Assembly (NCBI GenBank): GCA_965644265.1
Contig: OZ286462.1
Coordinates: 93,682,001 to 93,746,000 of the forward strand
Source of the DNA: Glycera tridactyla
Taxonomy: Eukaryota
Direction: 5' to 3'
DNA length: 64,000 bases
Positions 53,901 to 64,000 of the stretch are shown one piece after another (the stretch's first letter is position 1; every line of letters begins with the position of its first letter). The notes under the pieces were generated by a model that was given only the letters and a program-made list of their open reading frames with translations, ran no database searches and was not told the origin of the DNA. The position numbers and the translations under genes are program-made.

Positions 53901-56900
53901 CACCACAAACCCATGCTCTACCTCTATCAAATAGGTATTTTTTCAATAGTTTTGAGTCATATACTCAATCCAACAACTTTCAGTGCCTTGGTGTGTGAGG
54001 GGGGTGGCTTTCTACTCACCCCTGTTTATAATATGGGTGACTCACTGGTGAGTGGGAAATAATTGGTTGACATGGTAACTAAGATGAGGGGGGGGGGGGG
54101 GGGGTATTACTTGTTCATTCTATTATATCATAAACATGTATGTGATATCTGCTATTTCCAATGTCTCTTGAATCTCAGCCATGGGATTAAAATGCTGATG
54201 TGAATTTGTAATAATCACATACTGCTATCTGAGGTATTTTTATTGAAAAGTGATTGGCTGAATTACTCATTTTGCACATTGCGGCACGTAACTTCAGTCA
54301 GGCAATTTGGCTGTTTCTGGTTCAACTCATGTCAGCTCCATTTGTGCTGTATTATGACGCCCATGTAATAAGCATGGGTGGGATCATTCAAGAATCTTCC
54401 TTCTGCTTTCTCAACATAAGGTGAAAATTTGTGAAATTCAGAGACACTCAAGGTGTCATTTCTGTTATTAGAAAACAATGGGCGAACTGAATTGATCAAG
54501 AATGGTGATTCTTCTTCCTGCACCATGAGCAAATGTGAATCCTATACACTGAGTCAATTTGATTCTTCTATAGTTCACAGCGCTCACATCTTTCAATCAT
54601 TGATTAAAATATTGATCACTGATTGATTTATATAACTTAGTGCTAGATATTAGCCAGATAGCCAGGGGTTAGATCTATTCCCACCTGGCTACAATTTGTA
54701 TTTGATAAGGCGAAAATATGTATATGAGTGTATATTGGTGCACAAGTATCCAACTGTGTGAATGTTTTACCTCATAAATGCTTTGATCTCTGTGCAATGC
54801 CTATGTTACAACTTGTGATGTGGCAAAAATAAAGTATTTTGAATTTGAATTTGAATTGACTAGTCTTTAACCAATCTTGCTGAAAGGAATTACAGTCGAA
54901 CCTCCTCTAAAGACCATCTCTCTATAAAGACAACCTCTCTATAAAGACCACCCTTAGCTGCGACCTTGGTAGTATTTCCAACACTGAATGACCTCTCTAT
55001 AATTACCACCTCCCCATAAAGACCCCTTTTTAATGTGACCAAATGCAGTCTTCATAGAGAGGTTTGACTTTACTCTGAGGCAAATCGTGACATTGCTTAT
55101 TTCGTCACAGATAGCTCATGTAGTCACGAGAAGTTTTATGATTGTTGGCTGCAAGAAATGATTTCTCATACCAGAAACTCAATACACCCGTTTGAAATGG
55201 AGGTTTGGGAAAAGCTTGATGTATTTGGCTAAAGATGGAATGGCCGCTTTATCCTGATTTGCAATAGAAAGTATCGTCCCAGTGCCGACACAGTGCTGTG
55301 TAATCTACAGGCAATGAATATTGCCACAGATCAAAAAGATCATGACCATGGCAGTAGTATTTCGAACTTTGTGTAGATGAAAGACTACCGTACTCATCAG
55401 ATTGACCATGTGAATAGATATTTCACACATGTGGTGGACTTGGATAGAATGATGCTGTCAACATTCAAAAAAATACAAGGAGAACATATTTTCCAACCAA
55501 GTTTTTATTCATCGATGATATTAGTGCCCATCTGCACCAAAGATATTGTGGCAGCATATGTTGGAATATATTCTGTAGGCATCAACAGTCATTTCGTAAC
55601 AATTTCAACACATCAAATACCAACTCATCCACAGGTACAGGATTTCATTTACACCTATGTCCTGTCATTCTGCGTCATGAACTACACCCATCAATCACAG
55701 CTGGGACAGAAGCACCTTTGTCCAATTGGATTATATTATCATTCACTGGGATGCAAACCATACATACAGACCTCTCTTGGGAGACCACCCCAAATGCCAA
55801 CCGAAGTGGTCTCTCAAAAGAGGTGACCTCTCATTGGAGGCATGCGACTATGCCAAATAGAAATGAACCAATGAAGAGCAGTTGCTCGCTCAAAAGAGGT
55901 TTCACTGCAGTATCATTCCATCGGGTGGATGGAATTATATACCCATGACCAAATAATGGCAGTATCATACCCAGAATGGGCAGTGTAGCATCAACACAGT
56001 GGTCAGCAGCCACCACAAAATATCAGAGTTCAAGGTCATAGATACAAGTGTAAAGGTCACAGGGTCAAAATGTCATGCCTATGAGCACCCACTCCTCATT
56101 GGTAGTCAACATACCCAAAATGGGCAGTGTGTCATCAACCAAAACATACTTAGCAGCTGATGTTTGGATGCTGGACTCCCACCTAGACCCACAAGAGAAA
56201 TGTTCTGCAAAGTTGGCATGCACGGACAGACAGATGGATGGTATAGTTGAGGTTTAGCAGCATGTATCAACCCAGAGGATTCTCTTGTGGGCATCACTCT
56301 CACAAACCCTGAACACAAGATGATGGAGAACCATATAGGATGTCAAGTGGAAGTAGCTGATAGCTCAGACTGTCAGAAGTGATAGTCATTCTGTACAACG
56401 GTCAAATGCCATTTTGCCAACACTGCATCTCTAATTGCAGGTTTGTGCGATTCATGCGTTGCGCCCCAAATGATGGAATCACTTACTTCAAGTCCCAATG
56501 CCGGGCAAAAATGAGACGGACCACAGCGTATGACATTGACATTGCTGTTGATAGCCAGGGTCACATTGTTGAGGCCCAATGTGAATGTGCTGCAGGAATG
56601 GGACCACATGCCCATTGTAAACATATCCGTGCTACATTCTGTGCCCTACTTGACCGTAGTCTAGGAAAGTCAATGAACATAGAGCTGGCTTGTACTGAAA
56701 GGATACAGTCATTTCATCGACCGCACCGACTCCATGATGGTTCACCAGTCAAATCAGATTCACTTGTCCTGAACAATGCAAGTGCGGATAACCTTATCTT
56801 TGATCCAACACCAGTATTTGCCCAAGATTTATCATGTGCCTCAACCATTCTTATGAATGCCACTATAAATTTTGCCGCAAGAACCAATAAGAAACCAGCT

Positions 56901-57689
56901 CTTTTACAGATGTGTCCACCTGCAAATATTTTTGCTTCACTTCACGATCACGATTACTTGGCCATTTCTCCTGATTCTCAGTTTCTTCAAGAGCAATGCC
57001 TGACACAAATAACAGAGGCTGAAGGGAACAAAATTGAAGAAGGAACAAGAGGTCAAAGCAAAGTAGTGCTTTGGCATATGGAGCGTGCAAAGCGCATGAC
57101 TTCTTCAAATTTTGGGAAAATATGCAAGTGCTCAGAGTCTCGAAAGGGAAAACTTGCACACGACCTTCTCAATGCCACTGAGATCACTGCAGCCCCACTC
57201 AAACATGGCAAGAAATATGAACCAGTTGCGATTTCATCGTACTGTCAAATCACAAATTCAATTGTTCATGCTAGTGGTCTTGTTGTTAGTATTGATAGGC
57301 CGTATTTGTCATGTTCCCCAGATGGTGTCATCAATGATGACCTATTTCTTGAAGTGAAATGTCCCTACAGCTCAAGAGAGAAGCCAATCAACCCTCAAAC
57401 AGTACCATACTTGGAAGAAATTGTGGTAAATGAGAACAAATCATTAGCCCTCCAGAAGAGTCATGATTATTACTATCAGGTACAGGGGGTGATGCACATC
57501 ACCAAGAAGAAACTCTGTCACTTGGTTGTATACACATTTAAGGAGGTAGCTATCATTGAAGTACCATATGATCAGGACTTTATCAAAAAAATGCTCGAGG
57601 ATCTTGACAATTTCTTTCATGATCATTTCCGTATGAAATTTCTTCAACAACATTTGTACCGAAATACACATTCATATAACTGGGATTAG
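50825..57689 (+). CDS. SAP domain + SWIM zinc finger + YqaJ (lambda exonuclease-like) protein, 518 aa; join(50825..50922,52348..52557,56441..57689)
   Basis: Three GT-AG exons, phase 2/2, 98+210+1249=1557 nt with no internal stop. Exon 1 MDRYDGWCVPELKGELKKRGAKTSGRKKELIERL is a SAP consensus. Exon 3 has SWIM CECAAGMGPHAHCKH and YqaJ motifs RMTSSNFG, HGKKYE, SCSPDG..LEVKCP, YYYQVQG. Confidence 0.9.
52038..52215. mobile_element. TA-flanked MITE family B (CAGTGAAACC-type ends) nested in YqaJ intron 1
   Basis: TA|CAGTAAAAC...GGTTTCACTG|TA with GGTGGTCTC motifs. Confidence 0.72.
52348..52557 (+). CDS. YqaJ gene exon 2
   Basis: Acceptor ttttcag|G, donor AG|gtgaga; reads (R)LEAYDRNADFG...CRELYDE(R) and completes the SAP helix. 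Confidence 0.85.
53211..53388. mobile_element. MITE family B copy nested in YqaJ intron 2
   Basis: TA|CAGTGAAATC...GGTTTCACTG|TA with GAGACCACC motifs. Confidence 0.75.
54893..55070. mobile_element. MITE family A copy nested in ISL2EU (YqaJ intron 2)
   Basis: TA|CAGTCGAACC...GGTTTGACTT|TA, diverged. Confidence 0.75.
56441..57689 (+). CDS. YqaJ gene exon 3 (SWIM + YqaJ exonuclease)
   Basis: Acceptor ttgcag|G; long open frame (track ORF 56379..57689) with SWIM and PD-(D/E)xK nuclease motifs. Confidence 0.93.
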
Positions 57690-59612
57690 AGCGCTTCAGC
57701 TGGGTTGGGACATTCCAGTCATGTGGAAAATTCAGCCAATTTACTCTGGCAGGACCAGAAAACTATGAGCCGAAAGATTTGTAATTCACCATTCGTACCG
57801 AAAAAAATGAAATCATCTGAATTCAGCCAAATCATTAAATCAATAGGCACTGTGTAATTTACCATTTTTTATAGCATGAATTCTTTCATTAAAAGTGGAA
57901 ATGCCCAACTCTTAGTTACAGCAGAAATTCTTGAGGGTGGATTTTTGCAATCTACTCTTCCCATGGGAGAGTGGCTGAATTTCTTTTTCGTGAAGACTCA
58001 ACCTGCACACCTGAAAAATCAACCTACCCTGCCTATATGAGCAAGTCATTTATGATCATTTTCCACCTGCCCACCAGGTAAATCAACCTGCCCTGCAAAT
58101 ACAATTCACTAGAGACAGCCAGTCAGTGTTATTTGGAACTGATAGTCTCTGTTACATGCGTTTATCTTCGGTCCATTATCCGTATCTCTGCCACTGAGAG
58201 GATGATAGATAACTAAGTCAGGTTCTTGATCAGATGAATGATGGACTGGGCCCAGTCGAGTGGGAGTAGTTTTGTTTATTTAAGCAAATTGCATGTAGTA
58301 GTAAGCCAGGAGAATCTGTCCCCCAAGCCCACCTACAACCGATCAGACTCCCCTGCATCATTTCCAGTCTACAGTGAAACCTATCTACAAAGGCCTGCTT
58401 TGCGCATCAGAAAGTGACCCTAATAAGCAGGTGGTCTATATCAAGGGGTCATTTATTGATAGTCCTGCTGGGAAGTTTCTGAATCATATTTCCCAGATCA
58501 ACGCTCTCTCTCTCTAGTGTAATTACTGGCTGTCCATACTTTTTCAAGCAGACACATATATACAGGAATAGCATTAGTACATGAACATGAGCATGAGCAT
58601 GCAGATGTGAGATAGATTGCTGAGGGCAGCAGGGTGTCTGTCACTGAACGACAGTCAAAATTGTAGACCAGAAGATTGCTGTTGAAAACTTGGATTTTTG
58701 TAAATAATAATGATATGTATGACTGCCATGAAAAATCCCCTGATGCAATATCAGGAAACATTAGTTATGCTTGATAGATGTTTAAATTTAAGGTGTAAGT
58801 TGCCACCGTGAGTTGAACATTTGATTTTTAACACTGTTGGGGCAGATGTTGAAGTTGCCATGATATTGAAAGATGTCAGTGGAAAACAGAAAGGTTTGAG
58901 CATTGGAATCTTCTTTGTACATGTATATAATATAGTGGATGTTGTCACAGATAGCATAATCATGACTGAACCCAAGCATGTGGTGGGATAGAAGTGTAAC
59001 AATCCAGGAGTGAGTACTGATTAATTGATTGAATGACTGATCAGAGCCTAATTTAATGATATATATATATAGGTATCAGTGTGTCTGAGCTGACTGCTTT
59101 GCCCCTTGAAACCTCTGGATTTTTTTTCTATCCTGGGTCGGTGCAAAATATGTTTGCAGGGGGTAGATGACATGACATATTTAGTTCTTCAGCCTAAAGT
59201 TGTACCTGCTTCAGAGACCACATGCACACAAAAAAAACACCTGCCAACAAGGACACCCTCAGTTCTAACCATGAGAGTATTTTCTATGGTGAGTGACTTC
59301 ATACAAAGGTCACATATGTGACTAAGGGTGGTCACTCAAACCAGGTTTGACTGTACATTTCCCGGTTTTGGGGTACGGGCTAGGCGGTCAGCAAACCAAA
59401 CATGGTGGTCCCTGGCCGGATTTGGGAGGTGGTCGCTATGCAGAGGTCAAATATAGTGAAATATGAGTCGCTCCCGGTTACGGCTGGTCGTTAACAAGAG
59501 GTGGTTGGAGAAGGGGGGGGGGGGGGGGGGGGAAGATCAATCTTGATCATCATTTGATGAACAAATACAATAAATTTTACCTTGAACAAACAGAGATTTG
59601 TTATTTTTTAAT

Positions 59613-60775
59613 TCAGCTGTCAGCAGGGACAATGCATGCACGTAAATTGCACAACATGAAGCATGCAAATACAATCCTGCTGCCAAGTATGGTTTCCTGT
59701 TCATTCATTGGTGACGCCAAGATTTTATACGTCTTTGCAAGACCAATGACACGCTCAACATGTACACGCTTGCTTGCAATTTTTCTGTCTCTGATTACCT
59801 CTTTGTTGGACAACTGGTTCTTCTTTTTCAAGAAAGTCGGTATATTGATCTTGACATCGAATGGTGCAAAAATATCCTGAACATTGAACCCCTTGTCACA
59901 CATTATAGAGTCACCAGGGTCACATTTTTCAGGCAGCTGACTTCTTTCCACCAAAAGACGATCACTGGCAGAGCCACCATACGCTGGGGGTATGTGTGAG
60001 GTCAGTCCACCGGGAGTGATACCCACCACAGACTTGAGAGTGTTACGATTTTTGTAGGTTGAGTAAGTAACTTGCTGAGCAGTCGGCTTGCTGGGTCGCT
60101 TCACTGGAACTTCAACTCCATCAATGATGACCCTAGTGGATGGGAACTGACGTCCAAAATCTGTGGGCATGTAGAATTTAACCATATCCTTCGAGGGCCA
60201 GATGTTGACCTTACTCCACTGACAATACATAAAGTTGATCCAGGTCACAAAAATGTTTGATACAGAGAATTCCGAGATGTTGAAGAAGTAGGCTAACTCT
60301 TGATTTGGCGTATGTAGACGGAGTTTGATGAGGGTAATTAGTAGTTGGTTCTCTACAGATACCTTCACAGGAGTTCTCCATCTGTAGTTCAGACTATATG
60401 CTGCTGGGCCTAGGGTTTGCAGCACATAGTCAAAATGGTCCGCATCATCAAGTCCTGTGAAATAGTGTAGAGATTTCTCGTCAAGTTTGAGATCTTCAAT
60501 CGATATACGTGACCATCGAGGTGTCTGACTTGAACTGTCAACTGGAGGAGGTGTAGGTTCAGGTTCAGGTTCATCACGTAACATTTCATCTTCATTGCTG
60601 ATCACCATCTCCTGAACATCAACATCAAAATCATGATCAGGTTCTTTGGATTTGATCCTTGAGCGAACTTCTGCTCGTTCTCTACGCTGGCATGATGATG
60701 GTGACAATTCCATCACCCATGCAAAGCTTGACGGCACAGCATCTCTTTTGAGAATTTTCCTCTCACGGGCTCCAC
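59613..60775 (-). CDS. Transposase exon 2 (THAP end, HTH, DDE core)
   Basis: Acceptor tttcag|GT at 60775; open frame to TGA at 59613-59615. Confidence 0.93.
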
Positions 60776-62008
60776 CTGAAATTGAAAACCAAAGAGCAAA
60801 TTATTAGTGTATGTATTCAGCTGGCTTGAGTAATTATGAGAGATGTGAAAATCTAGGGCTCTACATTGCTACATGTGGGTAGCCAATTGCTACCAAATTT
60901 ACCCTCTGCCTCCCATAACTTGAAAGTTAGAAGCCAGGCGCCCCTAAATTTTGAGAGGAAGTAATTGGCAATGTATTGACTGGCTACCAAAATTTTGCAC
61001 TGGCTACCACAAAATTCCAACTTAGGAGCCAGCTGACACCAAAATAGTTTGGCCAATGTAAAGGCCTGTATATTTTCACATGGATGTGGCATTTTCAGTG
61101 GAGTAGCAGGTCTGACCTTACACTCACTTAACACACACACATACACACCATGCATGCATACATACAAACACCCCTCCCCGACTCACCTGGGTAAAGAATA
61201 TTCAACCAGCCCTTCTGCCAGAAGGGGGGGGGGGGGGGGGGCTACACCCTAAGGAGGTGCGGGACAGCTAATGTATTATCAGATATAGCAATCTCTCCCA
61301 TTCTAACTGAACCAATTTCCAATCCAATTATTTGTGACTTTCATTACTTAATCTGCTCTTCCCTAATTTTTTCATGACACTACATCCCATCATATATTGC
61401 CACAACCCCCCCCCCCCCCCCCCCATCCCACCGGCATTTCCATTATAGTTGTTTACTGCATATTTCTTGAAAAATTGAATACCTAAAAATGAGATGTCAT
61501 TCAGGTCTATTCGAGAAAAATATGGTGAAACCTGTGACAAGGGAGTACCCTGAATATCAAATGATGACCATGATTGTATTTTCCACAAGGAACCTCTAAA
61601 CTGAGACCTCCTGTCAACTTTTTAGCTTGACCAGATCATAATTTACATCACTGACAGAGAGACACAGGAAGACTGACAGATAAACAGACAGACAACGAAA
61701 GAGACAGACAGACAAGCCCATGTGCATCCTGTGGGTTNNNNNNNNNNNNNNNNNNNNNNNNNNNNNNNNNNNNNNNNNNNNNNNNNNNNNNNNNNNNNNN
61801 NNNNNNNNNNNNNNNNNNNNNNNNNNNNNNNNNNNNNNNNNNNNNNNNNNNNNNNNNNNNNNNNNNNNNNNNNNNNNNNNNNNNNNNNNNNNNNNNNNNN
61901 NNNNNNNNNNNNNNNNNNNNNNNNNNNNNNNNNNNNNNNNNNNNNNNNNNNNNNNNNNNNNNNNNNNNNNNNNNNNNNNNNNNNNNNNGACACACAGACA
62001 GACCCACC

Positions 62009-62052
<44 letters not shown>

Positions 62053-63261
62053 GATAGGGACGGACTGAAAGACTATTAGGCACACAGGCAGATACACATT
62101 AACACAGATGAGAAGGTTCAGATACACAGACAGACAGAGGGGAGGGGGGAGGTCAGTCTTCAGTCTGTTTACCCAATGGGCTAAGACATGGCAATTATAT
62201 AGTTAATGATTATACTGATCGCATGGGAAGGAGAACAATGATAATAACAATAGTAGTAATAATAATAATGATACTAATCGAAATAAAAAAACAATGAAAA
62301 TGAGCTATGTGAATTGAGGTACAATTTGGGATATGCAGGAGGACAGGTACAAAAGTTGAGAAGGGCTGGATCAAGTTCTACATCAACTACCTGAAGGGAA
62401 GCTGAAGAAAACAGTTAATGTAATGCCTGGCAAGAAGTCTGGATTCACACATCTGAGTTCTGTAATGTAACCATTTTTATGACCTTTGCTGTCCCAGTTT
62501 TCTAATGAACACCAGATGGGTCGATATCATTGGTGATATTGTGGTCAGTGATGCTGCCCCCTGCTGGACATCCTGTTGATGTGTTAATGGCTTGTGTAAG
62601 CAGAGGGTGATTCGGGGAAGGGGCTCAGACTAAGAGCATGGACTGGTTATGAGTTATACAGTCAAACCTCTCTATAAAGGCCATCCTGAGCTGCAACCAT
62701 GGTAGTATTTTCAATGGTGAAAAACCTCTGTTGAGACCACCTTCCCACAAAGTCCACTTTTTCGCAACTGGAGGTGGTCTTTATGGAGAGGTTTGACTGT
62801 ATTTAGGATGGTCTCTGGTCGCAGATTTATTTGCGTTCCTGCACTGTTTTATACAGTGGAATCTGCAACGACACCACAGGTACATCACAAAAATGTGGTC
62901 TCAAAAGAGGGGGTCTCTTATCAAAGGTATATGTGACTATAGAGTGAAACCTGTATTAAGCAACCACTATATTCAGCAATCACCTGTCGTAAGCTACCAC
63001 TTTTCAATATGCCGTCAGAGTATTTTTCTCCTGTATTAACAAACCACCTGTCTTAACCAACCACTTATTCATTCCCTGGCGGTGGTTGCTGAATACAGGT
63101 TATTCTGTACATCAAATAGGGATCCCACACTGTGAGATTTGTCTCTTGTCAGATGTAGTCTCTATCTTTCACTGAACTGTTGAACTTGCCCAAGTATGAT
63201 TCATACAGAGTGCCCATGGATGTTCAGTGTAACCTATCAACAAAGACCACTCTTGGTTGTG

Positions 63262-63338
<77 letters not shown>

Positions 63339-63575
63339 CATGTGCATGGGTTATTGAATAAACTCACCATGTAAAGTTTCTTCACCAGGCAAGTAGTCAT
63401 CTGGTTTGAAGTGCTGATAGCAAACAATCATGTATGGCTTGGGCTCCCACCGGGCACCCTGCTTGTTGGAGGCACGACGAATGGCATGTACCCACTCCTG
63501 CTTCACAATCTGGCTGGCAGGAAACTGGTGTCCGCCTCTGTTGCTGCATCCTGGCACACAACACCTGGTAGGCAT
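59613..63575 (-). CDS. THAP-HTH-DDE (Harbinger/ISL2-family, DDE_Tnp_4-like) transposase, 456 aa; complement(join(59613..60775,63368..63575))
   Basis: Two exons (208+1163=1371 nt, phase 1). THAP C2CH: CCVPGC..W..C..HF in exon 1, LKRDAVPS in exon 2. HTH region LLITLIKLRLHTPNQELAYFFNIS. Catalytic triad IIDGVE / IMCDKGF / RVHVERVIG intact. Confidence 0.92.
61738..61988. other. Assembly gap inside the transposase intron (other gaps: 5479-5634, 9338-9555, 15795-16276, 18302-18645, 20158-20787, 37967-38122)
   Basis: Runs of N. Confidence 0.98.
62659..62799. mobile_element. MITE family A-related copy nested in transposase intron
   Basis: TA|CAGTCAAACC...GGTTTGACTG|TA. Confidence 0.75.
62942..63107. 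mobile_element. TA-flanked MITE nested inside another repeat in the transposase intron
   Basis: TA|GAGTGAAACCTGTATT...AATACAGGTTATTCTG|TA; the empty site is visible in the paralogous module near 51410. Confidence 0.7.
63263..63335. repeat. (CA)n microsatellite near the transposase intron donor
   Basis: Direct reading. Confidence 0.95.
63368..63575 (-). CDS. Transposase exon 1 (THAP zinc finger)
   Basis: MPTRCCVPGCSNRGGHQFP...WVHAIRR...VCYQHFKPDDY; donor G|gtgagt at 63367. Confidence 0.9.
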
Positions 63576-63678
63576 TATGTCTAGCTCCAGTGATCAAAGA
63601 TGATAACAAATACAGACAGGAGACAGCTGGTAGTCGCTAGGGTAAACAATAACAGTGCCTCGTTGTGGGAGTAACGCT

Positions 63679-63734
63679 AGGTGCCGGTGTGATGGGCACG
63701 CCATCTATCGGAACACGCGGATGCACGGAAGCCC
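63679..63734 (-). repeat. Right imperfect terminal inverted repeat of ISL2EU element
   Basis: Reverse complement reads GGGCTTCCGTGCA...TGGCG...CACCGGCACCT; followed by the AT duplication. Confidence 0.82.
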
Positions 63735-64000
63735 ATTGTATCAAAATAGCTGCAAAGCATGGGGCTACATTCTTGGGCAAAGCACTACGTTGGTTGCGTA
63801 GGAAGCGGATTGATCTGCATACTTTTGACCTGGTGAAGCAGTCGGGTCAAGGGAGCTTGACCCTGCGAATCAACTAATGGAACATGTGAAGCTTTGCTGC
63901 AACAAACATGGATTTATTCAAATATATCTGCCGTGACATCAGGTTAGTCATCAACGAGAACAATGCGCAAACATTCGACAATACATTCATGTCGTATCTA

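Larger units (their letters stand above)
50668..63734. mobile_element. ISL2EU-type two-gene DNA transposon (PHIS/Harbinger-related), ~13.1 kb including a 251-N gap
   Basis: Left end AT|GGGCGTCCGAGCA (TSD 50666-50667). Right end TGCACGGAAGCCC|AT (TSD 63735-63736). TIRs match 11/13. Subterminal inverted 11-mer CACCGGCACCT (50710-50720) / AGGTGCCGGTG (63679-63689). Encloses a THAP-DDE transposase and a YqaJ exonuclease gene; this gene pair with an AT TSD is the known ISL2EU signature. Confidence 0.88.

Overview
Eukaryotic (metazoan, probably marine invertebrate) scaffold with seven N-gaps, many microsatellites and dense repeat relics. Most ORFs in the supplied track are spurious repeat or gap read-throughs. 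Two main things are present. (1) A + strand multi-exon SLC47A/MATE-family multidrug and toxin extrusion transporter gene. I rebuilt 18 phase-compatible GT-AG exons from about 21842 to 49254 (about 522 codons); the terminal exon is unresolved. (2) A ~13.1-kb two-gene DNA transposon of ISL2EU type (PIF/Harbinger-ISL2EU-Spy group) at 50668-63734, with GGG...CCC imperfect TIRs and an AT target-site duplication. It carries two convergent, intron-containing, apparently intact genes: a 518-aa SAP + SWIM zinc finger + YqaJ/lambda-exonuclease protein (+ strand, 3 exons) and a 456-aa THAP + HTH + DDE transposase (- strand, 2 exons). Its introns are packed with nested MITEs. The rest of the window holds TA-flanked CAGT-ended MITEs, a recurrent SINE family, decayed LINE and P-element fragments, a 2.5-kb non-autonomous element with a 4-bp TSD, several minisatellites and a 151-bp near-perfect palindrome. 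All calls come from manual reading; no database searches were run.
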